Shown here piece after piece: positions 24,326-36,060 of a stretch of 64,000 nt of DNA. This DNA is from Thraustochytrium aureum (lineage: Eukaryota), in assembly GCA_012862495.1 (NCBI GenBank), contig BLSG01000316.1:91933-155932 (forward strand). Reading direction: 5' to 3'. The notes beneath the pieces are model-generated. The model was not told where the DNA came from. It ran no database searches and saw nothing but the letters and a program-made list of their open reading frames with translations. The position numbers were made by a program, and so were the translations under genes. The stretch's first letter is position 1, and each line of letters starts with the position of its first letter.

Positions 24326-24642
24326 GGTGCTGCGCTTGCAGGTGTTGCCGCGCTTGCAGGTGTTGCCGCGCTTGCANNNNNNNNNNNNNNNNNNNNNNNN
24401 NNNNNNNNNNNNNNNNNNNNNNNNNNNNNNNNNNNNNNNNNNNNNNNNNNNNNNNNNNNNNNNNNNNNNNNNNNNNNNNNNNNNNNNNNNNNNNNNNNNN
24501 NNNNNNNNNNNNNNNNNNNNNNNNNNNNNNNNNNNNNNNNNNNNNNNNNNNNNNNNNNNNNNNNNNNNNNNNNNNNNNNNNNNNNNNNNNNNNNNNNNNN
24601 NNNNNNNNNNNNNNNNNNNNNNNNGGTGTTGCTGCGCTTGCA
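24326..24642. repeat. 18-nt minisatellite (GGTGTTGCCGCGCTTGCA) spanning an N-gap
   Basis: Three copies lie left of the gap (the first degenerate) and one variant lies to its right. Confidence 0.8.
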
Positions 24643-24740
24643 CTGCGTTGGCGCGGGATGAGCAAATCTCAATGATAACCCGCGTATTCATTCTTTACGG
24701 GCTCGAATTTCGGCGTCCTGCCCGGCCTCGGCGTCGGTGC

Positions 24741-26686
24741 TTAGGCGTCTCCATTGGTCGGCACTTGTTGCCGCCGGTCACGATCCGCACTCTGCTTGCA
24801 TTGTTCCGGGTTGACCCGGGTGGCGCTGAGCCCGTTCTCGACTGTCACCGAGTGGAAGCGGATAAGCCGGCACAAGAGGTACTCGAGCAACGACAGGAAG
24901 AGCAGTCGGCTTGCAAGAGCGCCTTGTGGCATGGCTGGTGGCGGCCCGCGAATTTTGGCTGCAGTGAGCCAATCGAACCGGACTTCGGACACCACGTGCC
25001 CGGCGACATGGACCGGTTTCCGGTCCACGCTCAACGCGCGCCTTGGGGCCGTGACAAAGTCTTGACCTTCATAGACCGTAGGAGGACGAGCGCTCTCCGA
25101 TCGAAGAGGGTCTGGCTCCCCAAATCGTCCTCGCCGTTCATCTGCGAAGCAAGCTTGTCGGGGAGCGATACCTCGACACTGCCTACGCTCGACTGATACG
25201 CTGCTCCTTGCCGCATCTTCTCCAGCTTCGGGAGAGCGGCGAGGAGCGCTTCGCATGCAATTCGGGCTGGCTCCGTGTTCGGCTCGAGCACAAGGGTGAC
25301 GCGGTCAATGCTCAGTGCCAGCTCGGCGAAAAACTCCACGTCGCCGCTGGGGAACTGCAGCTTCTCGTTCCGCAGCAAGCTGTCAAGCAGAATGATCGAG
25401 TCCAGAACGCGCTGGAGCCGCGCAAGGGCCATAGAGCATGCCCTCCTGCTCAGTTGCTGGTGCGGCTTGTTGAGAAGCGCAAAGCAATGGTGAATGGGGT
25501 CGAACTTGATGACCCCCAACATCGCCTTTATTGGCGGAATTCCGCGGAGCGCAGCACTATAGGCCTTGTGCAACGCGTCGGGCTTGCTGCCCAAGAGAAC
25601 ATCCACAAGCGGCGGTAGGACCGGGCCGCTCTCGCCAGGCATGTCCTTCGCCAGGGCCGCAGCAAGGAGAAGGCAACGCGCCGCCTCGCCGATTAGCCGG
25701 GTTTCCTTCCGCAGGCCCTCGTACACAACGTCGCTGGTCGAGCGGGGAACGACCAGAAGAACGACCACCACACTCAACACGCAGCCGATGAGGATGTTGG
25801 CCACGCGCCACAAGCCGTTCGCCCAGAGCGGGTCGTTCGCGGCGTAGAAGGCCATGAAAGAGATAATGAACGTCATGTCGCAAAGGAGAACGGCGTACGG
25901 CATGCGGCCGAATATGTGGCCCCACTGGATCAGAGAGAACGCGATTAGGCCACCAACGACCGTGATGCATAGAAACATGAAGATGGAGCGAGGAGTGCCG
26001 TGCATGGTCATCGAGGCAAACCCAAGCCCCAAGCCGAGCACGGCTCCTGCAATGGTCCCAATGACACGCTGGACCGCCTTCTCGATCGTCGACCCAGCGT
26101 CGAGTGAAGGGAACCAGGAAACGATCAGGACGGTGATCATGATCCAGACCGCTTGCGGAACAACCGGGTCGCCTGGCGGGCCGACAAGGAGAAAGAGGCT
26201 GGCGCAACCGAGCCCGATGCCGAGGCGCGCTCCGAACACGACTGCGTCCTCGTTGACGGGCGCGCATTCGCCCGCGCCGCCGCACCCCTCCGCTGCGGCC
26301 GCCTTGCCCTTCCTGCTGTCAACGCTGCTGGCCCCGCCACTGCTCCGCTGCCCAACAACGCGAACCTCGACCCCTTCACTGTCGTCTTCAACTCCACGGC
26401 CCGGGCTCAACAATTCCGGCCCGGCGCTTTGTGCGGCGGGCGTCAACGGCCGTGCTCGTCCGTCTCCAGAGTCCTCCGCGTCGCGCCACCCAGTCGCGCC
26501 CCACGCCGGCGCGCTCGAGGCTCGCTCACTCGACGCAGTCGGTTCGCAGGTTGGCGCGCTCGCCGCTGGGGCGCTCCACGTCGTCCCGGCCAGGCCAGGC
26601 GCACTGGGCGCGCCCCGACCGACGCTGCTCGAGCCGCTGCCGAGCGCCCAGCTTCGGCGAGCTCCACGGCGCTTCCGCCGCGTCCA
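24741..26686 (-). CDS. ALMT/FUSC (aromatic acid exporter-like) family transporter; frame break ~25045, start uncertain
   Basis: About six TM segments with AVWIMITVLIV, GSTIEKAVQRVIGTIAGAVLG and LWRVANILIGCVLSVVV. C-terminal FLSLLEYLLCRL is in the downstream frame. Confidence 0.82.
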
Positions 26687-27789
26687 TCCTCCCAAGCCAT
26701 CGCGCTTTGCAGGGTCGCCGCGCGTCTGCCGCGCTCTCTAGAGCTCTAGAGCTCTACAGCTCTGGCGCAGANNNNNNNNNNNNNNNNNNNNNNNNNNNNN
26801 NNNNNNNNNNNNNNNNNNNNNNNNNNNNNNNNNNNNNNNNNNNNNNNNNNNNNNNNNNNNNNNNNNNNNNNNNNNNNNNNNNNNNNNNNNNNNNNNNNNN
26901 NNNNNNNNNNNNNNNNNNNNNNNNNNNNNNNNNNNNNNNNNNNNNNNNNNNNNNNNNNNNNNNNNNNNNNNNNNNNNNNNNNNNNNNNNNNNNNNNNNNN
27001 NNNNNNNNNNNNNNNNNNNNNNNNNNNNNNNNNNNNNNNNNNNNNNNNNNNNNNNNNNNNNNNNNNNNNNNNNNNNNNNNNNNNNNNNNNNNNNNNNNNN
27101 NNNNNNNNNNNNNNNNNNNNNNNNNNNNNNNNNNNNNNNNNNNNNNNNNNNNNNNNNNNNNNNNNNNNNNNNNNNNNNNNNNNNNNNNNNNNNNNNNNNN
27201 NNNNNNNNNNNNNNNNNNNNNNNNNNNNNNNNNNNNNNNNNNNNNNNNNNNNNNNNNNNNNNNNNNNNNNNNNNNNNNNNNNNNNNNNNNNNNNNNNNNN
27301 NNNNNNNNNNNNNNNNNNNNNNNNNNNNNNNNNNNNNNNNNNNNNNNNNNNNNNNNNNNNNNNNNNNNNNNNNNNNNNNNNNNNNNNNNNNNNNNNNNNN
27401 NNNNNNNNNNNNNNNNNNNNNNNNNNNNNNNNNNNNNNNNNNNNNNNNNNNNNNNNNNNNNNNNNNNNNNNNNNNNNNNNNNNNNNNNNNNNNNNNNNNN
27501 NNNNNNNNNNNNNNNNNNNNNNNNNNNNNNNNNNNNNNNNNNNNNNNNNNNNNNNNNNNNNNNNNNNNNNNNNNNNNNNNNNNNNNNNNNNNNNNNNNNN
27601 NNNNNNNNNNNNNNNNNNNNNNNNNNNNNNNNNNNNNNNNNNNNNNNNNNNNNNNNNNNNNNNNNNNNNNNNNNNNNNNNNNNNNNNNNNNNNNNNNNNN
27701 NNNNNNNNNNNNNTGGGCGAAGCGCCAGACCGAGCGCCTGGGCGGCGATGGATCAGGGCGACGCGCAGCAGACCGCGTCGAGGAGCACT

Positions 27790-27834
27790 GGGACGGGCGC
27801 ACGGGGCGCACGGGGCGCGCGGGGCGCACGGGGC
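27790..27834 (+). repeat. 9-nt G-rich repeat (CGGGGCGCA)n, G-quadruplex-compatible, ~120 nt upstream of ATG 27953
   Basis: GGGACGGGCGCACGGGGCGCACGGGGCGCGCGGGGCGCACGGGG. Confidence 0.75.
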
Positions 27835-27952
27835 GTGTCTTGCTAGGTTGCTGGGGTGCTGGCGCTGGGGCGGTCTGGCGTGCTGGCGGAGCCGCTCGGA
27901 CGCGCGTTCGTTTTTCGCTGTTTTGTGGGGCCTCCAAACCAACGCGCCGGCG

Positions 27953-29174
27953 ATGGGGCTGGGCATGTCGCTCCTGGGGAGCGCGACGACGGCCGCCGTC
28001 GTCGCGGCGGTGCTCGCAGTGCTGGCCGCGGCGTGGACGAGGAACGCCGCCGCGGGAGCGTCGCGGGATGGGGACAGTGGCAAGGTCAGGGTGGGCGTTA
28101 GCGAGAGGCACAAGTTTGGGGACGTGCGAAAAGGCCGTCTGGTTGAGCTTGGGTGGGTCGAGAATGGGATTCTGCGGATCTCGCGAGACCGCGGTGGGGC
28201 CATGAAGGTGGGCGTGGTGCTGCGGCTGAAGGGCCCTCGCCTGGACAGGAGTACGATGGAGCGCGCCTGGCGCGCTCTGCAGCGCCGGCACCCAGTCCTG
28301 CGCTCCCGACTTGTGCCGGAGGGAAACAAATTTGTCATGGTAGAAGACCCCGACGCAGACCCCCCCCTGGTCTGGAGGGATCGCGCCGGAGACGACAGTC
28401 TCTACTTGAAAGTGTACGCCGAGGAGGGCCCCAAGCCGCCGCCCGCCGGCCAACTCCCGCACAAGGTCTTCCTGCTGGAAGATGACAGCGTGACCGACTT
28501 GTTCTTCGTGATGGACCACTTCTTTTGCGACGGCCTCTCCGTCGTCAGCGTGCTGCGCGAGCTGGCCAAGCTTCTCGACGCCTACGAAGCCAATGCAACC
28601 GCACCGGCCGCCTCGGCCGCGACGATCGCGGGCGCCGAGGCCACGGGGCGCGAGCAAGCCACCGACGCGATCATCGGGGAGCCCCTCGCCTGGCAGCGCC
28701 CCATGGAGCTCTGCATCGCTGACTCGTTCTCAAGCAAGATCAGCCAGGGCGCCCAAGTGGCCTGGTACCTATTGCGCCACCTCATCCTGGAGGACAAGAT
28801 CGTCGACTTCCCAGTGGCTCGCGCCGACATCAAGGCCAACGAAATCTGGAAAAAGGCAGTCTGCACTCCGGTCACCATCACGATCGGCGCCGACGTGGTC
28901 AAGCCCCTCTTGGCCAACTGCCGCGCGCAGGGCTGTACCCTCGGCTCCGCGCTCGCCGCGGCAACTGCCTACGCGGCTCGCGACGTCGCCCAAGACCGCC
29001 CAGGCCCCAGTGACCTCCACAAGCGCATGCTCAATGTCGCGCTCGCGCTTGACATGCGTCGTAGGTACACCAAGACGATTGCCCAAGAGCACCTGTCCTA
29101 CAACATCTCCTCGACCAAGGGCTACATGCTGCGGCTGAGCGACGCGATGCAGGAAGGCGAGATCGATGGAGCCA
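27953..29174 (+). CDS. Membrane-anchored CoA-dependent acyltransferase (condensation/alcohol acetyltransferase/PapA5-like fold); 3' end in N-gap
   Basis: N-terminal hydrophobic anchor; AWRALQRRHPVLRSRL; catalytic HxxxDG (MDHFFCDGLS); CRAQGCTLGSALAAA; LDMRRRY. Confidence 0.78.
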
Positions 29175-29673
29175 NNNNNNNNNNNNNNNNNNNNNNNNNN
29201 NNNNNNNNNNNNNNNNNNNNNNNNNNNNNNNNNNNNNNNNNNNNNNNNNNNNNNNNNNNNNNNNNNNNNNNNNNNNNNNNNNNNNNNNNNNNNNNNNNNN
29301 NNNNNNNNNNNNNNNNNNNNNNNNNNNNNNNNNNNNNNNNNNNNNNNNNNNNNNNNNNNNNNNNNNNNNNNNNNNNNNNNNNNNNNNNNNNNNNNNNNNN
29401 NNNNNNNNNNNNNNNNNNNNNNNNNNNNNNNNNNNNNNNNNNNNNNNNNNNCCAACGCAGCAGGCCGGCAGTCAGACGCCCGCAGCACTGCCACTGGCTC
29501 TCCCTCCTTGCGCCCTCCCTTCCATCGAGCTGGTCGATCCACGGCGTTGTTGCAGTGGGCCTCGTCGCCGTCCGAAAGATTGGTGTGGTGGCGGCACTGT
29601 GTCACTGGACGAAGTAAGGTGATACAGTATGGCCGTTGAGCAAGCGCGAGCCCACAACAAACCAACCAACAAA

Positions 29674-29710
<37 letters not shown>
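29674..29710 (+). repeat. (CCAG)n microsatellite ~165 nt upstream of ATG 29876
   Basis: Direct reading. Confidence 0.95.
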
Positions 29711-29713
<3 letters not shown>

Positions 29714-29875
29714 CGCCCTTCGCGTGGGCATCGACGGCAGCAGAGGCAGAACAGGCCAGACGCGCGCGCCCGCCGACCTGCCGCCAAGAGACTCGCCTGT
29801 CGCCGCGTCGGCGGGCGTGTGCGTTGGTGGCCGTGCGCAAAGTGCGCGAAGTGCGCACTCGACCCGTCCGCCGCC

Positions 29876-32800
29876 ATGCCGTTCCTGGCGGACCTCGGCG
29901 TGTCGCTGTACGAGTTCAGGCAGGCTCGCAAGGCGAAGCGACTCGAGGCCGAGAAGGCGCGCGCCAAGGCCAAGGCCAAGGCCAAGACTGGGGCGGATGA
30001 GCAGCGAGAGCTGGAGCGGCTCTCCATGATCGCGCAGACGCGCGAAAGAAAGACTATGGCGCTCGAAGACGCGCGGTCGATGGCGCTAGAGCGACGCGAA
30101 AGGAACGCCAAGATTCTACGCGAGCTCCGCATCAACGAACTCAAGGCGCGCAAGTGGGAACGCCAGCGCGAGCAGGAGGAGCTCGACGTTCTCACGCAGG
30201 ACGGCGTGAGGTCGCGGTTTGGCCGCGACCCCGTGCTCCAGTGCTGGCGCGAGAGCACCGAGCTCTTTGAGACCGTTCGCGTCGGAGAGCCAATAAAGGA
30301 CTTTGTTGTCCTTGAGCCCGGCCACGGCCTCGCTGTGTCAGCAAAGGACGTGTATGGCGGTCTTGGCGCGCTGCAGCCGTCCAGCGAACGCTTACAGGGC
30401 GATTTTGTTGCGGTCGCGTGCAGCGACGGCTCTGTGCGCGTGCTAGTTTACACAGAAAAGACCAACCGCGACACATCCTGTAGGTCGTATATCGTTGGCC
30501 GTTCGGAGCGGGGCACGCCGGCGCACTGCCTGGCGATTGTCCCGCCGGCGTTCTCGCCAATCACGGGAACGTGCTGCGTGCTGTACGGGTGCGGGGACGG
30601 GCGCATCCGCTCTGGGTGGAGATCGTGGCACGACCTTTACAAAACGCCAGACTTTGAGCGGGCAGAGTCGTTCGAGCGAGGGCGTTTGGCAGAGCCGGCA
30701 GAGCCGCATGCATCGGAAACACAAACTCGTAGTGGTCAGGGTGCTGGTGCAGAGAATGCGGCAACCGCGCCAAGTGCCGGCGGGGAGAATGTCTGGTCTT
30801 TTGACCCAGTGTTCCACCACGACGACGTGGTGTATGGGCTGCTGCAGCGCGGAGATCGCCTCTTCTCCTGGTCCGGCGACGGACTCATCAAGAAGTGGTG
30901 CCTGAGCACCGGCAACCTCCTCTTCACTTACAGAGGCCATCGCGGCGGGGTCTCTACGTGTGCAATGTCCAACGACGGGAGGTTTATCCTTTCAGGAGGC
31001 GACGCCTCCGACCCGTCTGTTCGACTCTGGGACGCTTCCCTTGGCGACGGCGGGAAGAGCACTGACCAACTCGAGCGCCCAGAGACGGATTTGGTGCAGG
31101 CAGTTGCTCGCACCGAGGAGCTGGACGCAACACCAACCAGCGACGCGGCTCGGCTTGCAGAGCTCGCAGCTCAGGTGGCCTGCAATGAGCAAGGCTGGTA
31201 TTACCACGAAGGCTGCAGCGAGTGCGACCTCGCGCTGCGCTTGCACGCACAAGAGCAGATCTTGACCAGTTCCTCTGTCTATCAGGAGCTCTTTTTTGGC
31301 CTGGTCGATGCAGAAGCTGGGAGCAGACCCGCAGCCGAGCGAGCCAAAGCAACAGGAGCCAAAGGCCAAAACGGCCAAGTCGCGCCAAGCCGCAAATCCC
31401 AACTGCAAGCGACAGAGCGCCGGTTCCATGCACACGCCAAGAGCAAGGCGGCAGAGTATGGCAAGTCCCACGGTGGCGCCATTAATGTATTCCATGCGCA
31501 CTGCACGTCGGGCCGCACCATGAGCACGCCGAGCCACGGCGACTGGGTCAACCAAGTCTGCGTCGACCCACGCGGCGACCTGGCCGCATCGTGCTCCTCA
31601 GACAAGTTTGCCAAATTGTGGCGCTTCCCAGAGGGTACGCTGGTTCATCGTTTCGCATGCAAGGACTGGGTGCTGAGCTGCACCTTGGGTACAGTGAGCG
31701 ACCACCATGGCCAGACCAAGCGAGCCCTTGTGACATGCTGCGCAGACTCGACAAGCACAATCTGGGATATCGCCACAGGCGCCTCGTTGCAGCAACTACG
31801 TGGCCACACAGACGCCGTCACGCGCGTTGTGTTCCTAAAGCATGGACGCTTTCAACCCAGCAGCCCTGCCTCGCTCAAGGCTCCCGAGCAGAACCAGGAA
31901 GGAGAAGGATCAAGCGAGCATGAAAGCGTAGACCAAGGGCTTTGCTTTATCCGGACGAGCTCGGCCGACGGGACGCTGCGGTCTTGGAAGCTCGGGTCTG
32001 GCCTTCCGTTTGCACCGCCAGCACCCGAGACGACGGATGCTGCAGAGACTTCGATTGCCGTCCGCTGGGAGATGCCGGTGCAAAACGGGTCGCCCGTGGT
32101 AGAGTTTGTTGTCGAAACTAGGGAAAACGAGCTCGGCAGCTTCAAAGAGGCGTCGCGGGTCTGCGTGGACCCGCGCTCCGACGCTCAAGTCTTCAAGGCG
32201 CGGATCAACGGCCTGCACCCGGGCAGCGCATACGAGATTCGCCTTGCCGCAGTCAGCAAGCACGGGCAGGGCGCGTTTAGCCCGCCTTGCCCACCGCGCC
32301 GCTGCCTGGCCTCCGTTCCGGGGCGCATCGACGCCCCCCTCATAAACAAGACCGGGACAACAACGGCGCAGCTGACGTGGCTAGCGCCGGCCTCTATGGG
32401 GTCGCACATCCAGCACTTTTTGGTGCGGCACCGAGGCGGCACGCGCGCCCGTGACTTTTCGGAGGCGAACGAGCTCGCGGTGCCCTGGAAGGAAGCCCAA
32501 AAGCTGGCCAAAGCAGAGGCCGACGAGTTCCAGGGGAGGCGCCAAGAACTCTTGGCCTGGATCTCTGCGAACGCCCACTTGGGCAGCAAGGAGACGCTAA
32601 AAATGCGGCGGAGGCTCAAGGATCTCGAGACAGAGAACCGAAAGCGGGAGTTGTTGCACAGGTTTGCGGAAAGCAGCTCTGGGTCGGCACAGCAGCGCGC
32701 CAATCGGGATGAGACGGAAGCCTCCTTCTGGAAATGGCGTGCCTGGTCAAAGATCTCGAGCCAGGTATGGCCTATCAGTTCTCAATTGCTGCCGTCAACA

Positions 32801-34494
32801 AAGTGGGCTGCGGCCAGTGGTCTGCGCCGTCGCTGTCAGAGTGCACGCAGACGAGCCACCCTGGCGCGTTTGAGGCCCCGCCGCGCCTGGATGGCGTTTC
32901 GGTGAGCAGCATCACGGTTGCGTGGCAGGCTCCGCGCGACAATGGGGCGCTCATCTCCGCGTACCAGCTTCGTTTTGGCCCAGCCGCGCAAATTGAGCGC
33001 CTCGCTGCGCTGGGCGTTCAAGAGGAGGAGTCTGCAAAGCGGGCAGCCGCTGCCTTTGCCGGAGACCCGGACCTTGCTGCCGCCGTGGCGTCGGTGGACG
33101 ATGCTTGGTCGGCCATGTCGACGCGGGATGTCGTGCTCGCCAAGGAAGCGCGCGAGCTGTGCGAGAGCGACCTTGCGGTGCTGCAACTCACGGTGCTGCT
33201 CTTACTACATTCTTGTGTTGCGACCGAGCCTGCCGAGTACTTGACAGAGTCACCTGACGCTCCAGCGCGAGCATCCGAAATCCAATCCGACGTCGTGGCA
33301 GCAGCACAGGAGAAAGTCGAGGGAGTTGCCGCGACGGACGGCGCGCAAACGCTGTGGCGCAGCGACGGTGGTCTTGCGCTTTCGTCGCTTCCGAGCCGGT
33401 CGGAAATAGACTCGTCGATGCGCCATGCCGACCAGTTCTTGCAGCGTGTGCGTGCGTTCAGGCGGTCGACGATGTCGGCGCGAGAGCTGGTGGCCGTGCG
33501 CCCGTGCCCGGCTCCTCTTGACGAGCGCATGGTTGCGCTCATTCACAAGCTGCCGGCGCCGGCTGAGCTGATCCAGCCGCTCTGCAAGGGCCTCCGTCAG
33601 TGGCTTGCTTGCATCGCCGCGTTCGACCGCGACGAGTATCGCGGCAAGGTACTTCCGGCGGCTGGGGACGCGACAGCGGCTTGGGCAGAAAGGCGGCGCA
33701 TCGAGAGCGAGCTAGCAAGCCAGGTTCGCCAGTGCGCCGGCAACGAGACGCGGTGCACCGTGGAAGGGCTTGTTCCGGGGTCGGCCTATCGGTTCCAGAT
33801 CCGGGCGCTAAACAAGCACGGGCCAGGTCCGTTTTCCGAACCAAGCAAAGCCATGTTTGTCAAGCGCGGGCCGCCAACTGCGCCACTGAACGTGATGTCC
33901 TACAACCCCACACCGTTCACGATCGACCTGGCCTGGCAAGAGCCAGAGAGGGACAACGGAAGCGAAGTGATCGGATACCACATCCTGCAGCGCACCGACC
34001 GAGTCGGGACCTTTTTGCCGATGAGCCGCGTCAAGGCCCCGGCCACGGCGACGACAATCCGGCGGCTGCAGATCCAGACCTTTTACGAGTTTTGCATCAT
34101 TGCGGAAAATGAGATGGGCCAGAGCGCGGCGAGCGAGCCCACCGAGCCACTCGCCACTTTAGCGGCCCAGGTACCTGGTGCGTGCGCCGCGCCAGAGGTT
34201 GACCGAGTTACGCGCGTTTCGATTTTTCTAAGCTGGCGTGGCCCCGATTTCGACGGGGGGGAGGCCATTACCGCCTTCCGAGTGTTTGCGCGCCGCGCAG
34301 GCTCGGAGGCTTCAGAGGCTCCTGTGCTGGAGTGCGCCCGAGTGCTCTCGCCAGCGCCGCAAGGCCCTTTCCAGACGATGGTGACGGGCTCGATGGAGCG
34401 TGGTGTCGATTTTGAGTTTATGGTTGCTGCCGAGAATGCCGTGGGCAAGGGCCCGGCGGGGCCCTGGTCTGCCCCAGCGCGACTCAGGGACTGA
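29876..34494 (+). CDS. Large WD40-repeat + five fibronectin type III domain protein with helical inserts; frame break ~32720
   Basis: N-terminal coiled coil; WD repeats (YRGHRGGV...VRLWD, HGDWVNQV...AKLW, LRGHTDAVTRV...LRSW); FN3 signatures (W..P..NG....Y / GL.PG..Y.F...A.N..G.G..S.PS) five times. Confidence 0.88.
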
Positions 34495-34655
34495 GCTCCC
34501 GGCCACGCCTGCGCGCATGAGGCCTCCAAGCAAGAGCGAAAACGGTGACTGTGATGATGATTTGTGTGTTAACGCTGTGGCGCAATAGTCGCGAGAGCCA
34601 GCTAGCTCTTGAGAAAAGAAAGTTGCGCGGTTGGCGGTGCCGCCGCCAGGCCGAT

Positions 34656-35041
34656 TTACTTGCGGGCGAGCGCATAGCCGATGAGGAGGCCGGCTCCGAG
34701 CGCCATCAATAGCACCGGGAGGTTGTCCACGGCGCGAACGCTGCCCGACGCGGTCCCGCAGCAGCTGCCACTGGTGCCGCACGTGCAGGTCCCCGGCGCG
34801 CAGGTGCACTTGCCGCCGTTCTTGCAGTCGCAGCACGTGCAGGTCCCCGGCGCGCAGATGCACTTGCCTCCATTCTTGCACTGCGCGTCCATCCGCCCGC
34901 GGTCAGCGCACGCCCTCGTACTTCCTACCCGAGCCAGCTCCCTGCATCCCACACCAGCGACCAACTCACATTGCAGGGTTCACCGCACTTGCAGTTGTCG
35001 CCGCACTCGCACTTGCCGCCGTTCTTGCATGAGCACGACAT
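34656..35041 (-). CDS. Metallothionein-like protein (98 aa, 20 Cys) with C-terminal transmembrane tail; exons 35041-34970 and 34880-34656
   Basis: The spliced product is MSCSCKNGGKCECGDNCKCGEPCN|CKNGGKCICAPGTCTCCDCKNGGKCTCAPGTCTCGTSGSCCGTASGSVRAVDNLPVLLMALGAGLLIGYALARK*. The 89-nt phase-0 intron reads GTGAGT...GCTGAC...GCGCAG. Confidence 0.85.
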
Positions 35042-35064
35042 CCTCGCTACACTCTGCCTTGTCC

Positions 35065-35065
<1 letters not shown>

Positions 35066-35105
<40 letters not shown>

Positions 35106-35106
35106 C
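35066..35106 (-). repeat. (GCCT)n on plus = (AGGC)n on sense strand, 25 nt upstream of the metallothionein ATG
   Basis: Direct reading. Confidence 0.95.
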
Positions 35107-36060
35107 GAGCGTGAAGACGTGTCTTGCGCTGCAGTGTCTGTTGCTCGCTCTGACGCTGGCTGTCCACGGCGTTTGGTGTTTGGTGTTTGGCGCCTGTTCC
35201 CTGCCAACGATCATTTGTGTTCATTCAATCCTTCAATCGGTCCACCTTGTTCTTGGCCAACGAGTTGAGAAAAATCCCCGCCCATCGTGCCTCTCGCAGA
35301 GCCGCGCAGTCCACGAAACACCCTCGGCGGCCGCCGTCCCAGACTCTCGGCGCTGCCCACTGCGCGGCGAGTCCCAGTGAATTCATGCCCGGTTGCGGCC
35401 CTGTCGGCGCGATTGGCCTTCGGTGGACTGCCGCGTTGGGGGCGCTCGGAGCTTGCCTTGTCGTGTGATGTTTCCTCGATCGTGGGCCGTTGCGCCGTGC
35501 CACGAGCGGGCTCGTGGCCTGCGGCGGCCTGGCTCGGTCAGCGAAGGACGCGCAGGGCCGCCGAGGTGTCCTCGTTGTACGCCCGTGTTGAAGGCCGCAG
35601 CGGAGGACGGCGTGGAAAGGGGAGCCTCGTTGGCGGCGCGAGTAGAGGAGTTGAATCCACCTGTGCCGAGCGGAATCAGCGCATTGTGAAATTGTGAATC
35701 AACATGAATCCCTTCCCGTTGTTACCTACCGTCCCTGCAGGGCCTGCGAACGCTACGCGGGCCTTCAGCTATTTTCTTTCGACTCATGGGACAACCAACC
35801 TCTGGGGCCAAGCTCGCGAAAATGCGCATCGCAACTCGACTCGCATCAATAGGAACGGTCAGCGCCCGGCACACGTGCGACCGCGGCTTGTCTTGCCGCT
35901 GACTCGACTGCGATCGAGAGTGAGCAGTCGGCTTGACTCAATGATAGAGCACCGGTAAGTGCTCTGCTTGAGGACCGGTCTGCAGAGCGGCGAAAGAGCT
36001 GCCGCTGTCGACGACGATGTTGTCGAACGGCCCACTTGTCGCGGGCCGGTTTGGTGGAGT

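Noticed and set aside
24326..24642. CRISPR-like array
   Set aside because: The 18-nt units are directly adjacent with no unique spacers, there are no cas genes, and the context is eukaryotic.
34760..35041. CKNGGKC as EGF-like repeats
   Set aside because: The C-x-C spacing is too dense for the six-Cys EGF pattern, and there is no signal peptide or aromatic residue. A metallothionein fits better.
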